From the IMG/VR virus record IMGVR_UViG_3300037484_000250, positions 1-64,000 of that record: a DNA stretch of 64,000 nucleotides. The stretch is one strand, 5' to 3'. The first letter of the stretch is position 1. Each line of letters starts with the position of its first letter. The notes under the pieces are model-generated. The model saw only the letters and a program-made list of their open reading frames with translations, did not search any database and had not been told where the DNA came from. This stretch comes from a virus. Lineage: Duplodnaviria > Caudoviricetes. Shown in pieces: positions 52,865-63,344 of the stretch. Position numbers and translations under genes: made by a program.

Positions 52865-55636
52865 ATGGCACTGACTGTAGATGAAATAAATGTTGTATTA
52901 GGTGCGGATATTTCTGGATTTCAAAGACAGATGGGGGCAGCTAGTTCAACCATACAGGGATTAGGTGGATTTGCAGCTAAGGCGGGAACGGCCCTAACTT
53001 TAGGGGTGACAGCTCCTATACTCGCGATGGGTAAGGCATCGGTCGATGCTGCGAGTAATTTTAATCAAAGTATGGCAGATATTAGGGCATTGACTGGTGC
53101 GACAGGAACAACGATGGAAGAATTATCTGCACTTGCTTTAAAGATGGGCCAAGATACAATGTTTTCTGCTACGGAAGCATCGGCTGGAATGCTTGAATTG
53201 TTGAAATCTGGACTCAGTGTTGAAGAAGTTATGGGTGGAGGTTTAAAAGGTGCATTAGATTTGGCTCAGGCTGGTGGAATAGGGTTAGCGGATGCTGCAA
53301 TAGTCGGTTCGACGGCATTAAATGCATTTAAAAATGACGGGCTTAGTATGTCAGACGCTGCAGATATATTAGCTGGGGCGGCTAATGCGTCGGCTGCAGA
53401 TGTTGCAAGTTTATCTTTGGGATTATCTCAAGCGTCAGCAGTGGCAGCAGGGGTTGGGTTATCATTTGAAGATACTTCGGCAGCATTGGCTTTATTTGCA
53501 AATAATGGCTTAAAAGGCAGTGATGCAGGGACATCATTAAAAACTATGTTATTGAATTTACAACCAACTACTAAAGAACAAATTGCATTATTTGATAAAT
53601 TAGGACTTACGACGGCAGAGGGAACGAGTGCATTTTTTGATCAACAGGGTAAATTAAAGAGTCTTTCTGAGATTGCTGGGTTGTTACAAGGATCATTAAG
53701 TGGAATGACAGATGCCCAAAAATTATCAACATTGGAAACTATATTTGGATCTGATGCAATTAGAGCAGCTAATATTATTTTTAAAGAAGGTTCTGATGGA
53801 GTTAAGAAGTTAAAAGATCAAATGGCAAATGTATCGGCAGAAGAAGTTGCTAAAGCTAGGATGGACAGCTTCAAGGGTTCAGTAGATGAAATGAAAGGTT
53901 CTTTAGAAACTGCAGGAATTATAATTGGTAATAAAATATTACCGGTTCTTGAAAAATTGGCTGGATTAGTAAAAGGTGTTGCAGATTGGTTTGTAAAGCT
54001 TAATCCAGATGTCCAAAATACCATTTTAATATTTCTTGGAGTAGCTGCGGCAATAGGGCCAGTATTATTGATAATTGCTGGGGTATCAGCACTTATTTCC
54101 CTCTTGATACCAGTAGCAGCATTGCTTGGTACAACAATAGGGGTATTAATGGCTGCATTTTTAATAGTTCCTCTTGCGATCGCAGCAGTTATTGCTATAG
54201 GTGTTATCTTGTACAAACATTGGGATGAAATAAAAGCATTTGCTATAAAGACTTGGGGAGCAATTACTCAGTTTATAACAGGATTCCTTGTAAGCATTGG
54301 TACTTCTATTAGTGGTTTTATTGAACGGGCAAAAAATTACTTTCATGATTTTGTTGAAAGTATAAAGAATGGTTTTGCTCAAATACCAGTTGTTATTAAT
54401 GATGCTAAAGATAAGATATGGGCGTTTATTGTGAGCATTGGGGAATTCTTTAAATCGATACCGGGGTTAGTAAGTGAAACGGTTAAGAGTATTGGAAAGT
54501 TTTTCAGTGATGGTTGGGATAATATTATTAAGGTTGTTTCTGAATTTATCCCGAAACTAGGCACTATGATATTAGATTTTTTGGTGAAACTTGCTTATAA
54601 CTTCGGTTATGCATTAGGAACAATTGTAAAATTCTTTATAGAACTTCCCGGAAGAATTATAGGGGCAGTAACAGAGTTAATATCAATGATAGTAACATTT
54701 TTTAGTGAATTGCCCGGTAAAGTATCTATTATATTACAAAATTTATGGCAAGCAATTTCAGATAAATGGGCAGCAGTTAGAGCTAATACAGTGGCTTGGC
54801 TTGCTATAGTTGTGAGTACTGTTGTTAATTTTTTTCAGGAACTGCCCGGTAATGTATCGCGAATTCTTCAAAATTTATGGCAAGCAATTTCAGATAAATG
54901 GGCAGCAGTTAAAACTAATACAGTGGCTTGGTGGGGAATTATCGTTGAGCAAATTGCTAATTTTGTCAGGAATTTGCCCGCGACAATATCTGGCATATTA
55001 CAGAATGTATGGCAGACAATATCTGATAAATGGGCTGCGGTTAAGACAAATACAGTTGCTTGGTGGGGGATAATTGTCGGTGCGATCAAAACTACAGCAG
55101 GAGGAATTTATGATGGAATTGTTAATGCGTTAAGAAGTGTTCCGGCTGCATTTTCTGATATAATCAATTCAATCTGGTCATATATAACTAGCCAATATCA
55201 CAGATTATATAGTGCTGCTTCTAATATTGCATCTGGATTTTGGCAAGGATTCAAGGATGCTCTTGGATGGCATTCTCCTTCGTATATGGAAGAAATATTT
55301 ATAGCAATGAGTGATAGGATCAAGGGAACATTGTCTGACTTAAAAAGTTCTGTACCTGCATATAGTGCAGCTGCAAAAGGAATCTCTAATGCATTCACTA
55401 AAAATACTGGATTAATGACAGGTATTCCAATGACCTCTGCTACATCAATGACAGCACCAATACAAACTCCTATACCAACTTCATATGCAGAGGAAGGTAC
55501 AGGGAACGGAAATTCAGGTGGCGTTCAAGTTAGTGTGGCTCAATTAGTAGTAAGAGAAGAAGCAGATATTTTAAAGATAGCACAACAGTTATACAGATTA
55601 CAAAAAGATAGGACTAGGGGAAGGGGGACACGATAA
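52865..55636 (+). CDS. Tape measure protein (TP901 family)
   Basis: T.FSATEAS.GM.EL.KSG, GLKGSDAGTSLKTML, FG.DAIRAA; 33-aa Trp repeats LPGNVS.ILQNLWQAISDKWAAVKTNT. Confidence 0.93.
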   Translation: MALTVDEINVVLGADISGFQRQMGAASSTIQGLGGFAAKAGTALTLGVTAPILAMGKASVDAASNFNQSMADIRALTGATGTTMEELSALALKMGQDTMFSATEASAGMLELLKSGLSVEEVMGGGLKGALDLAQAGGIGLADAAIVGSTALNAFKNDGLSMSDAADILAGAANASAADVASLSLGLSQASAVAAGVGLSFEDTSAALALFANNGLKGSDAGTSLKTMLLNLQPTTKEQIALFDKLGLTTAEGTSAFFDQQGKLKSLSEIAGLLQGSLSGMTDAQKLSTLETIFGSDAIRAANIIFKEGSDGVKKLKDQMANVSAEEVAKARMDSFKGSVDEMKGSLETAGIIIGNKILPVLEKLAGLVKGVADWFVKLNPDVQNTILIFLGVAAAIGPVLLIIAGVSALISLLIPVAALLGTTIGVLMAAFLIVPLAIAAVIAIGVILYKHWDEIKAFAIKTWGAITQFITGFLVSIGTSISGFIERAKNYFHDFVESIKNGFAQIPVVINDAKDKIWAFIVSIGEFFKSIPGLVSETVKSIGKFFSDGWDNIIKVVSEFIPKLGTMILDFLVKLAYNFGYALGTIVKFFIELPGRIIGAVTELISMIVTFFSELPGKVSIILQNLWQAISDKWAAVRANTVAWLAIVVSTVVNFFQELPGNVSRILQNLWQAISDKWAAVKTNTVAWWGIIVEQIANFVRNLPATISGILQNVWQTISDKWAAVKTNTVAWWGIIVGAIKTTAGGIYDGIVNALRSVPAAFSDIINSIWSYITSQYHRLYSAASNIASGFWQGFKDALGWHSPSYMEEIFIAMSDRIKGTLSDLKSSVPAYSAAAKGISNAFTKNTGLMTGIPMTSATSMTAPIQTPIPTSYAEEGTGNGNSGGVQVSVAQLVVREEADILKIAQQLYRLQKDRTRGRGTR

Positions 55637-57598
55637 ATGTCGATCTGTTCATTTATATATGGTGGTGTTCGATCTGAATTTAAAGGAATCGTTGTTAATG
55701 ATATTCGGCGAAGTGTTCTCCCCCCTATTAATCCTAGAACTATCGATGTACCGGATAGGGATGGGATTTATTTTTTTAAGACAGATTTTAAGCAAAGAAT
55801 TATCGAGGTTGATATTACTTTAATTGAAACATCAAAAGAAGCGTTAAGGTCAAGGGTTGAAAATATTAGCATCTATTTAGATCCTAGGAATGGTGTTCAA
55901 TCATTAGTATTTGATGATGAACTTGATAGAACTTATTATGCAGTTTTGTCAAATGACACTAATTTACCTCAACTCAAAGCATGGGGGAAAACGACTTTAG
56001 TTTTCCTTGTTCCAGATGGGTTCTCGTATTCAACATTGCCAGTAATTCAAAATATTAATGCTGCACAGGATGCAATTTTTTCAAGAAGTTCAGATGCATA
56101 TGAATCAGATGGTACTTTGGTTGGGCCAAATATTCCAAGATATGAAAATGGTGTTTTCGGTACAGCTATTCAGGTCGAAGAGGGAACGACAAATATGCTT
56201 ACTGCAAACCAAAGTAGTGTTGAAACAAATACTGTAGGATTTACGGCGACAACGGGGACGACGATCGGACAGGAATTCACATATGCCCATGTGGGCAAGG
56301 CGGGTCTTGTTATCGTTACGCAAGGACAAGTGGTAGAGGAAGGTGTAGAGCTTACGTTTGTTGCAGCAGCAGCAGCGACGACGTATACGTATAGTGTTTA
56401 TCTAATCGGAAGTGGCAAGGTCAAATTGAATATTGAAGAACAGACGGGTGTCGGAGTTTTCATTACGGATACTGATTCTGCAGAAATAACCTTGTCATTC
56501 GATGAATTTGTTCGATATTCATTAACGATTACTTCAAGTGGAACGACTGGAAGATTAGTTCCTAAGATAATAACGTCTGTTCAAAATTTTGCTCAAGTTT
56601 ATGCAGATGCTTTCCAAGTTGAGGCTAAAGCATATGCTACGAGTTGGCATCTTGGTGGGGCATCAAGAGGAGATGAACTATTAAAGATTGCAACTGACAC
56701 AAGATTGTTCGGTCAGCAAGGAACATTAGATTTCTTTTTTAAGAAGACTGGCCGGGCTGGGGATTTTGGAGGAATGTTTGATTGGGGAGCTTTTACGGCT
56801 GGATCTACTAAAGACAGGATCTGTATTTTGCATGGTGCATCGATTGGATCGGGTGAAGATGATATCCAATTTAATATCGTTAATTCATCTCAAACACAAT
56901 CGAAGACAATTACAGTTAGCTTGACAACTGATCTAGTTGTTGGCCGGGAATATTATTTAGCATGTCGATGGTATCTAGATGGGACAACTGGTGGACAGAT
57001 GATCATGACATTAGCTGATCTGGTGACGAATGAAGAATTCAAAACGATTGCTAGTGCGACTATCAACCCACCAACTATGACAGCATTTAGTACTGCATTT
57101 CTGGGAAGTTTAACAGGAGGTAATTATTGGTCTAATTGCACCTATGATAGTTTTAGAATGTCAATTGTAATAAGGAGTTCGTCGGATATCACTGATTCTT
57201 GGGAATTCAGAAGACCATTGATTAAAGATCCGAAAGCGTCTGTTAAATATTCATTTGCTGAAACGTTAGCTGGAACATTGGTAACTAATTTAGGTACAGC
57301 GCCAGCAGATCCGACAATAACACTCACCTTTATTTCAGCAACAACAGATCCTATTATTACCCAATTTAAAGCAGGATCGACAGAAGTTCAGGCATTGCAA
57401 GTAACTGGTTCATTTGTTTCAGGTGATCAAGTGCTTATAAATTCTGATACTAGAAAGGTTACGTATAATAGTGCAGTTATTAATGATCAAGTAACATTGG
57501 CAAGTGAATTCCCTGTATTGACGGGGGATCATTTCTATACGTTTGCGCCCACGACTAGCACTGATATAACGGTCGCGTATACGCCGAGGTGGTTATAA
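55637..57598 (+). CDS. Distal tail protein (Dit) with inserted carbohydrate-binding and LamG-like domains
   Basis: N-terminal VPDRDG..LVFDDE.DR.YYA and C-terminal N.GT.PA.P..I.Y.PRWL Dit belts around an IQVEEGTTN..(CBM) and ConA-like insert. Confidence 0.82.
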   Translation: MSICSFIYGGVRSEFKGIVVNDIRRSVLPPINPRTIDVPDRDGIYFFKTDFKQRIIEVDITLIETSKEALRSRVENISIYLDPRNGVQSLVFDDELDRTYYAVLSNDTNLPQLKAWGKTTLVFLVPDGFSYSTLPVIQNINAAQDAIFSRSSDAYESDGTLVGPNIPRYENGVFGTAIQVEEGTTNMLTANQSSVETNTVGFTATTGTTIGQEFTYAHVGKAGLVIVTQGQVVEEGVELTFVAAAAATTYTYSVYLIGSGKVKLNIEEQTGVGVFITDTDSAEITLSFDEFVRYSLTITSSGTTGRLVPKIITSVQNFAQVYADAFQVEAKAYATSWHLGGASRGDELLKIATDTRLFGQQGTLDFFFKKTGRAGDFGGMFDWGAFTAGSTKDRICILHGASIGSGEDDIQFNIVNSSQTQSKTITVSLTTDLVVGREYYLACRWYLDGTTGGQMIMTLADLVTNEEFKTIASATINPPTMTAFSTAFLGSLTGGNYWSNCTYDSFRMSIVIRSSSDITDSWEFRRPLIKDPKASVKYSFAETLAGTLVTNLGTAPADPTITLTFISATTDPIITQFKAGSTEVQALQVTGSFVSGDQVLINSDTRKVTYNSAVINDQVTLASEFPVLTGDHFYTFAPTTSTDITVAYTPRWL

Positions 57599-59449
57599 AT
57601 GCAAGTAAAAAAAGATTCGAATACGATCGGGATAGATTGTTCTTGTTTTAATAGTACGATTAGCTGGGGAACGGTTGCGACAGATCCGAGGAATATAAAA
57701 TTTGCTTATTTAAGATGCAGTATGGGAACAAGTAATTCGGATACGAAATTTGCTAAAAATGCTGCGGGAGCAAGAGCAAATAATATTCTGGTCGGGGCAT
57801 ATCATTTTCTTAGACCAATTAGGCCAGCTTATGCTTCGACTAGAGCAACGGATGAGGCAAATAATTTTGTAACTAAGATGCAAGTTGGATTAGGTGGAGG
57901 GGAATTTGGGGATATATATCCTGTTGTGGATGTTGAATTCCCAAGCACACCAGCAATTGCAAATGATCCTGTGGAGACAAGGGATCTATTAAATTATGTT
58001 CAAACATTTAGGAATAGAGTTGAACAAGTAACTGGAAGAACAATCATGGCTTATGTCGGTGTGGATTATATGCAGAGTCCTTGGAACAATTTTAATTACC
58101 CGACTTCGGCTGGGCCTATATCTGACATGCCGTTGTGGGCAGCATATTGGTTAAGATTGCATGTGGGATCTAGTGCTCCGCCGGATGCGGGAGGGTGGAC
58201 GCAGTGGAGGGTATGGCAGTATTCGGATACGGGTGTGGTTACTGGAATAACGACAGCGACGGATCTTAATTTTGGGCCGGATAATCTAAGATTTTTGCAG
58301 GATAATACTGCAGAATCAAAAGGACTTGCACCAGTTAAACAATTATATGTTTTGAATTCAAATAAAAGATTGCAAGTAGTATTGAGTAATGCTAGTGCTG
58401 CATGTCCTTTTTATAATCCGATCCATACAGAACAGATCAACCAAGAGAATAAATTAACATTTAGTGTTCCGGCTAACCATGCGGACGCTGCAGAAGTCAT
58501 AGAGGGAAATCTTGTATTTTTCAGGGATTTTGATGATCCGACTCAGATTCAATTATTCGAAATTCTAAGAATTGAAGAAAGCCATCTAGGTAATTTATAT
58601 AAAGATGTGGTATGCCAGCATAAGGTCTTTGAGTTGGTCGATGATTGGATCGATAGTTTGACGTTAACAGATGTGACATGTGGATCAGCTTTGAATTCCA
58701 TTCTTACAGGAACTAGATGGATTGTAGGCGCAGTCGAACCCGTGGGTACTCATACATTTAGATTTTTCAGAGTGACGGTTATGGAGGCATTAAGAAGAAT
58801 CGTAACAACGTGTGATGGCGAGTGGAAGTTTAGAGTTGAATTTGTAGGGTCAGATATTACAGCGCAATATATCGATATCGTAAATCAGCGTGGAGAAGAT
58901 CGTGGAAGACGTTTCGAGTATAGCCGGGATATAAAGAGTATTAGAAGAATGATTGATAATTCTCGGTTAGTTACTAAGGCATTTGGATATGGCGGATCAA
59001 CGTTGATTACATTTTCTACAGTCTTGTGGACGACTGCAGGGGGAGATCCGGCGGATAAACCAGTGAGCCAATTATATGTCGAAGATAAACTTGCTACGAG
59101 TCAATATGGTAGGTATCGGGGATCTACTAATATATTACCAGTCGAGAATTCATTTACCTCAACGACCTCTAATAAGATAACATTGTTAGAACAGACGTGG
59201 GATTATATTCAAGATAATAATTTTCCAAGGACGACATATGAACTAGAGGTCGCAGATTTGGAAATTATTGCTGGGAGTGCACACCAGAAGGTTAGACTTG
59301 GCGATACTGTGAAGGTAATTGATACTTTATTTCAACCAGTTTTAAGATCCTCGGCCCGCATATATGAAGTCGATCGTTATCTGAGCGAACCTGAAAAAAA
59401 TCATGTGGTTATTAGTAGCCTTCCATTGATCTTAATAGCTGATTCGTGA
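57599..59449 (+). CDS. Tail-associated lysin: GH25 muramidase fused to a phage tail endopeptidase/Tal domain
   Basis: IGIDCS.F, GAYHF, VDVE, WRVWQYSD..DLN (GH25); then LTFSVP..GEWKFR..RFEYSRDI..V.LGDTV.VID. Confidence 0.82.
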   Translation: MQVKKDSNTIGIDCSCFNSTISWGTVATDPRNIKFAYLRCSMGTSNSDTKFAKNAAGARANNILVGAYHFLRPIRPAYASTRATDEANNFVTKMQVGLGGGEFGDIYPVVDVEFPSTPAIANDPVETRDLLNYVQTFRNRVEQVTGRTIMAYVGVDYMQSPWNNFNYPTSAGPISDMPLWAAYWLRLHVGSSAPPDAGGWTQWRVWQYSDTGVVTGITTATDLNFGPDNLRFLQDNTAESKGLAPVKQLYVLNSNKRLQVVLSNASAACPFYNPIHTEQINQENKLTFSVPANHADAAEVIEGNLVFFRDFDDPTQIQLFEILRIEESHLGNLYKDVVCQHKVFELVDDWIDSLTLTDVTCGSALNSILTGTRWIVGAVEPVGTHTFRFFRVTVMEALRRIVTTCDGEWKFRVEFVGSDITAQYIDIVNQRGEDRGRRFEYSRDIKSIRRMIDNSRLVTKAFGYGGSTLITFSTVLWTTAGGDPADKPVSQLYVEDKLATSQYGRYRGSTNILPVENSFTSTTSNKITLLEQTWDYIQDNNFPRTTYELEVADLEIIAGSAHQKVRLGDTVKVIDTLFQPVLRSSARIYEVDRYLSEPEKNHVVISSLPLILIADS

Positions 59450-59542
59450 GTTAAGAGGGTGTCTAGTAAATATTGATTCATAAATTCAGAATATTGATTT
59501 GTAGATTCATGATTTAAAATTTAAGAAAGGGGATGATTAGTA

Positions 59543-60028
59543 ATGGCATTTAGGGGACACAGACAAACTCCGTATGAAAACCAATATGCCCTTTCAAGTA
59601 GAATGTTTTATTGGAGTTTAAGCCAACCTTTTGCATCAAGCATTACGGATATTCAATTGCATACCGGAGGAACTAACTATATACATTTTATTGAACGTTC
59701 TTTTCAGACGGGAAGTTCTGGATATAATGTAAAATTACTTGAAGATGTTGGATTAACAACTGGAACTTCTGAGCTTACATCGTATAATGTCAATCGTGCA
59801 TCAACATTAGGATCTACCATGAAAATTTATTCTATGCCCTCTGCTGCATCTAGTAGTGGTTCGACATTAGAAAATATTACCTTAATCAAGGATAATAGAT
59901 GGGATCAGTTACCAACTGAATTAATTCTGAAACGTAGTGAAGACTATGTGTTTAGAATAAATAATACCGGATCAACGATACTTTCTCTAGATATAAATTT
60001 TGTTTGGTATGAATTAGCGAGTTGTTAA
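59543..60028 (+). CDS. Hypothetical structural protein
   Basis: GGGGA RBS; Ser/Thr-rich; in the tail region. Confidence 0.65.
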   Translation: MAFRGHRQTPYENQYALSSRMFYWSLSQPFASSITDIQLHTGGTNYIHFIERSFQTGSSGYNVKLLEDVGLTTGTSELTSYNVNRASTLGSTMKIYSMPSAASSSGSTLENITLIKDNRWDQLPTELILKRSEDYVFRINNTGSTILSLDINFVWYELASC

Positions 60029-60060
60029 TTTTTTTTAAAATTTGAAAGGGGTTTTAAGAA

Positions 60061-60558
60061 ATGGCAAATACAGTCTTTAACACCTATAAAAAGTTTTCTG
60101 TAGGTTCGTCTAGTGGTGCATTCAAACGGATTAGTTTGCTAGGAGATACAATCAAAGTTGCTTTAGTTACGACTGGTTATTCTGTTAACCCAGATGATAA
60201 TCTTTTTTCAGATGGTACAACTTCTGATGCAGCATCTTATGAATTAAATAATACGACCGGAGGATATGCTGGCGGTATTGGTGGATCAACTGGTAGAAAA
60301 ACATTGGCTTCGAAAACTATTACTCAAGATGATACCAATAATAGGGCAGTGTTTGATGCTTCGGATATAACTTGGTCAGGAATTAATGCTGGTACTGCTG
60401 GGGCAGCTATTTTAATTAGAGAGGGTGGGGCAGGAACTACTACGAGTGATACTGGAACTACGATGATTTGTTATATTGACAGTGGATTTCCTGTTATTAC
60501 AAATTCGGGAGATGTTACTATTTCATGGAGTACGGCTGGTATCATAGATTTGACATAG
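60061..60558 (+). CDS. Hypothetical structural protein
   Basis: DTIKVALVT..YE..GY..G.KTL..DA.D.TW..AGAAIL; common phage tail-region family. Confidence 0.7.
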   Translation: MANTVFNTYKKFSVGSSSGAFKRISLLGDTIKVALVTTGYSVNPDDNLFSDGTTSDAASYELNNTTGGYAGGIGGSTGRKTLASKTITQDDTNNRAVFDASDITWSGINAGTAGAAILIREGGAGTTTSDTGTTMICYIDSGFPVITNSGDVTISWSTAGIIDLT

Positions 60559-60602
60559 GAGTTTAATAAATCTAGGTATTTTTAAAAGAAATTTAATGCA
60601 TA

Positions 60603-60642
60603 AATAAGACCCGCGAATTTTTAAGTTCGTGGGTTTATTTTG
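60603..60642 (+). terminator. Intrinsic terminator
   Basis: AATAAGACCCGCGAA..TTCGTGGGTTTATT plus T-run. Confidence 0.75.
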
Positions 60643-60666
60643 TAATAGCGAGGTGATTTTCAAGAG

Positions 60667-60999
60667 ATGCAATGGGGAATCAGAAATAAAATGATATATG
60701 AAACTAGTGGGGATCTTAATTATGCAGTTAGTGTGCTGCCATCTAGCGTATTTATTTGGGGTGTGGAAGATGGGGCTATTAATTGTAAGGGTTGCCCATT
60801 TTGTATAAAAAATTCGACGTTTGATTTCAAAATGAAAAGATGGACTCTGTATGGGACTAAGTTTTTTGAAGATGAACTTGATGCGTTAAATTATGGTAAT
60901 CTATTTTCTGGTGTAATTGAAATGGAAGTAGTTGAATTTTATTCTATTTGTGAGACTACTGGAATTCCACAATGTCCACATCGATGTCCCGGTTGTTGA
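60667..60999 (+). CDS. Small Cys-containing hypothetical protein
   Basis: CKGCPFC and CPHRCPGC motifs. Confidence 0.55.
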   Translation: MQWGIRNKMIYETSGDLNYAVSVLPSSVFIWGVEDGAINCKGCPFCIKNSTFDFKMKRWTLYGTKFFEDELDALNYGNLFSGVIEMEVVEFYSICETTGIPQCPHRCPGC

Positions 61000-61065
61000 T
61001 TTAGAAAAAATAAAAATGTCTTGTTAATTTAATTTATTCTTAAAAGAAAGGAGGGAAAAGTAAAA

Positions 61066-62484
61066 TTGACAACGGTAGGACAAGGAACTTATCAAGGATA
61101 TTCTTTCTTACCCGCTAGTAAAGGTAAGTGTTTAGTCCCAAACTCAAGTGATTATCAACCAGCAGCAATCACGATTGAGTTCAGGGTAAGGCTTGACCTT
61201 ATATATTCTTCTCAAACATCTGCTACTCCTATTTGGATCTTTAATTTTGCGACTGGATCTGGGTTTGGTGTATTTTTCTCTAGGGCAACTGGTGGTTTGA
61301 CTTTTAGGTTGGTAACTGCTGCTGGGACAACAAATTTCTTAGTAAATGGAATAGTAAATACTTGGAATACTAGTGATGTACATCATATTGCAGTAACTTA
61401 TGATGGCGCATTTATGAAAACATTTGAAGATGGTGTTGAGAAAGGTTCTCTTGCTAAAACAGGGGCAATTATTCACAATATAACTCAACCTTTATTATTT
61501 AATGGCCCAGATTCATCGACACCGAGTGCAGGATATGTCAATGGATTCTTAGATGAAATCAGAATTTGGGATTATGCAAGAACAGATGTTGAGATAACTG
61601 CTGATATGGCTTCGGAATTAGTTGGTACTGAGAGTGGATTAGTTGGGTTATGGAAATTTGATGAAGATAGCGGAACGGTGGCACTGGATTCCACTGCTTT
61701 TGCTAATAATGGAACGTTAGTAGGACATACTAGTGTTATAATTAACTTCCTCCCAGATCCTAATGCAATAAATTTTAGTGTAAATCAACCGGATATTAAT
61801 TTAATTGTTTATCCAGATCCGGCAGTAGCGACATTTACGGCTAAAAAACCGTTGATTATCTTGGTTGCTCCGACACCAATTGTAGCTAATTTTACAGCAA
61901 ATCCAGTTAAAGTAAATAGAACTATACATGCTGAACAAACTACTATTAGTTTTGTTGTGTCAACGCCGACAATTAGGTTGATATCATATGCAACACCAAG
62001 TGTAATAACTTTATCTAATCCACCGCCGACAATTGTTATGACGATTAATCCAACGCCAGCAATCGCGAATTTTTCTGTTAACGATCCTCGTGTAAATTTG
62101 GTCATATATCCAGAAGAGGCAATCGCGAATTTTTCTGTTAACGATCCTCGTGTAAATTTGGTCATATATCCAGAAGAGGCAATCGCGAATTTTTCTGTTA
62201 ATGATCCTCGTGTAAATTTGGTCATATATCCAGAAGAGGCAATCGCGAATTTTTCTGTTAACGATGTGGTTATAAATCAAACCATTTTACCAATTCCAGT
62301 GACGATAAGTTTCAGCGCAAATGGTGTGATATTTTCGTATGTGCTTTATCCAGATCCAGAGATAATTATTTTTAGCGTTCCTGATCCGACAGTAACAAAT
62401 ACACCACCAGTAAATATTACAATCCATTTTACAGTTAAAATATTTAATGTTATTAATTATCAAGTGATTATAGAAAATAGTTGA
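61066..62484 (+). CDS. LamG/ConA-domain tail fibre or receptor-binding protein with 20-aa repeats
   Basis: HHIAVTYDG, GFLDEIRIWDYART..EI, LVGLWKFDEDSG.VA.DS; C-terminal AIANFSVNDPRVNLVIYPEE repeats. Confidence 0.82.
   Translation: MTTVGQGTYQGYSFLPASKGKCLVPNSSDYQPAAITIEFRVRLDLIYSSQTSATPIWIFNFATGSGFGVFFSRATGGLTFRLVTAAGTTNFLVNGIVNTWNTSDVHHIAVTYDGAFMKTFEDGVEKGSLAKTGAIIHNITQPLLFNGPDSSTPSAGYVNGFLDEIRIWDYARTDVEITADMASELVGTESGLVGLWKFDEDSGTVALDSTAFANNGTLVGHTSVIINFLPDPNAINFSVNQPDINLIVYPDPAVATFTAKKPLIILVAPTPIVANFTANPVKVNRTIHAEQTTISFVVSTPTIRLISYATPSVITLSNPPPTIVMTINPTPAIANFSVNDPRVNLVIYPEEAIANFSVNDPRVNLVIYPEEAIANFSVNDPRVNLVIYPEEAIANFSVNDVVINQTILPIPVTISFSANGVIFSYVLYPDPEIIIFSVPDPTVTNTPPVNITIHFTVKIFNVINYQVIIENS
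62059..62266 (+). repeat. 60-bp tandem repeat x3.5
   Basis: GCAATCGCGAATTTTTCTGTTAAYGATCCTCGTGTAAATTTGGTCATATATCCAGAAGAG at 62059, 62119, 62179, partial at 62239. Confidence 0.92.
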
Positions 62485-62485
62485 G

Positions 62486-62800
62486 GTGAGGAAAGAATTG
62501 AAAGTTAATGATATTGGGACAAATTTAATTTTTACGATCATTGACCCTACTGATTCTGTAGTTGATCTAACTACAGCTACCTCATCAACACTTTGCATAC
62601 TCGATGGTGATAATACTTTAACAAGTCATGGGATGACTATTTATAATGCAACTGCTGGTCAAGTATCGTACCAAATAGTGTCTGGTGATCTACCTAGCAC
62701 TGGTGTATATAAATTTGAGGTACGTTTAAAATTTCCGGTAGGCACAGTTTATACTTCGAGTAGAACATTTGATGTTGTCGAACCTAATCTTTGCCCATAA
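62486..62800 (+). CDS. BppU-N-like baseplate domain protein
   Basis: NDIGT.L.F.I.D..VVDLT.AT..G.VSY..L...G.Y.FEV.L.F. Confidence 0.65.
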   Translation: MRKELKVNDIGTNLIFTIIDPTDSVVDLTTATSSTLCILDGDNTLTSHGMTIYNATAGQVSYQIVSGDLPSTGVYKFEVRLKFPVGTVYTSSRTFDVVEPNLCP

Positions 62801-62813
62801 AGGAGTGAGTTTA

Positions 62814-63095
62814 TTGGATTTGATTCTAAATGCAACAGATTGGCAACTGATAATATTTTTCACTCCAATTATTATGTCTATTACAGAAGTGTTCAAAGCA
62901 TTGGGATTAAATAAAAAATTCTTTCCCTTATCAAATATTTTCTTCGGGATATTTGCAGCATATTTCTTTATTCCGAGTGGTCGTGGGTGTATCCCGACAG
63001 CGATCTTGATCGGGATCATAACTGGTTTATCGGCGAGTGGTTTATATTCGTCTGGTAAAAATACGATTGAACAAGTCAAAAATGGGAAAAATTAA
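62814..63095 (+). CDS. Holin
   Basis: AAGGAG RBS plus TTG; IIM.ITEVFK.LGL.KKF.PL; GIITGLSASGLYSSGKN; ORF track start 62769. Confidence 0.88.
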   Translation: MDLILNATDWQLIIFFTPIIMSITEVFKALGLNKKFFPLSNIFFGIFAAYFFIPSGRGCIPTAILIGIITGLSASGLYSSGKNTIEQVKNGKN

Positions 63096-63096
63096 T

Positions 63097-63122
63097 GACG
63101 GCATGGGCCGTCTTTTCTTTTG
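63097..63122 (+). terminator. Intrinsic terminator after holin
   Basis: GACGGC-ATGG-GCCGTC-TTTTCTTTT. Confidence 0.8.
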
Positions 63123-63141
63123 TTTAGGTGTGGACAATGTC

Positions 63142-63154
63142 GTCATAATATGAG
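63142..63154. promoter_or_regulatory. Palindromic operator candidate, copy 3
   Basis: GTCATAATATGAG. Confidence 0.55.
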
Positions 63155-63344
63155 ATAATAAGGATGTTGAAGGGAAAGGGAATGAAAGATGTACCAACTA
63201 AAATGCAAGTAGCTCAGGAAGCGAAAGCGTGGGGTGGATGCCGAGAGGCCGATGCACACACACAACTACTCTAAAAGTTGTTAAGTTGGAGTCTTAGTTT
63301 TAAATATCCTTTCCCTTCATATCGATACATTAAAAAGGGGGAAG

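Noticed and set aside
1488-62598. Numerous antisense or overlapping ORFs in the track (e.g. 1488-1751, 8787-9167, 26050-26511, 41958-42365, 53818-54216, 61809-62225)
   Set aside because: They lie opposite or out of frame to well-supported genes, lack RBSs and have no domain signatures.
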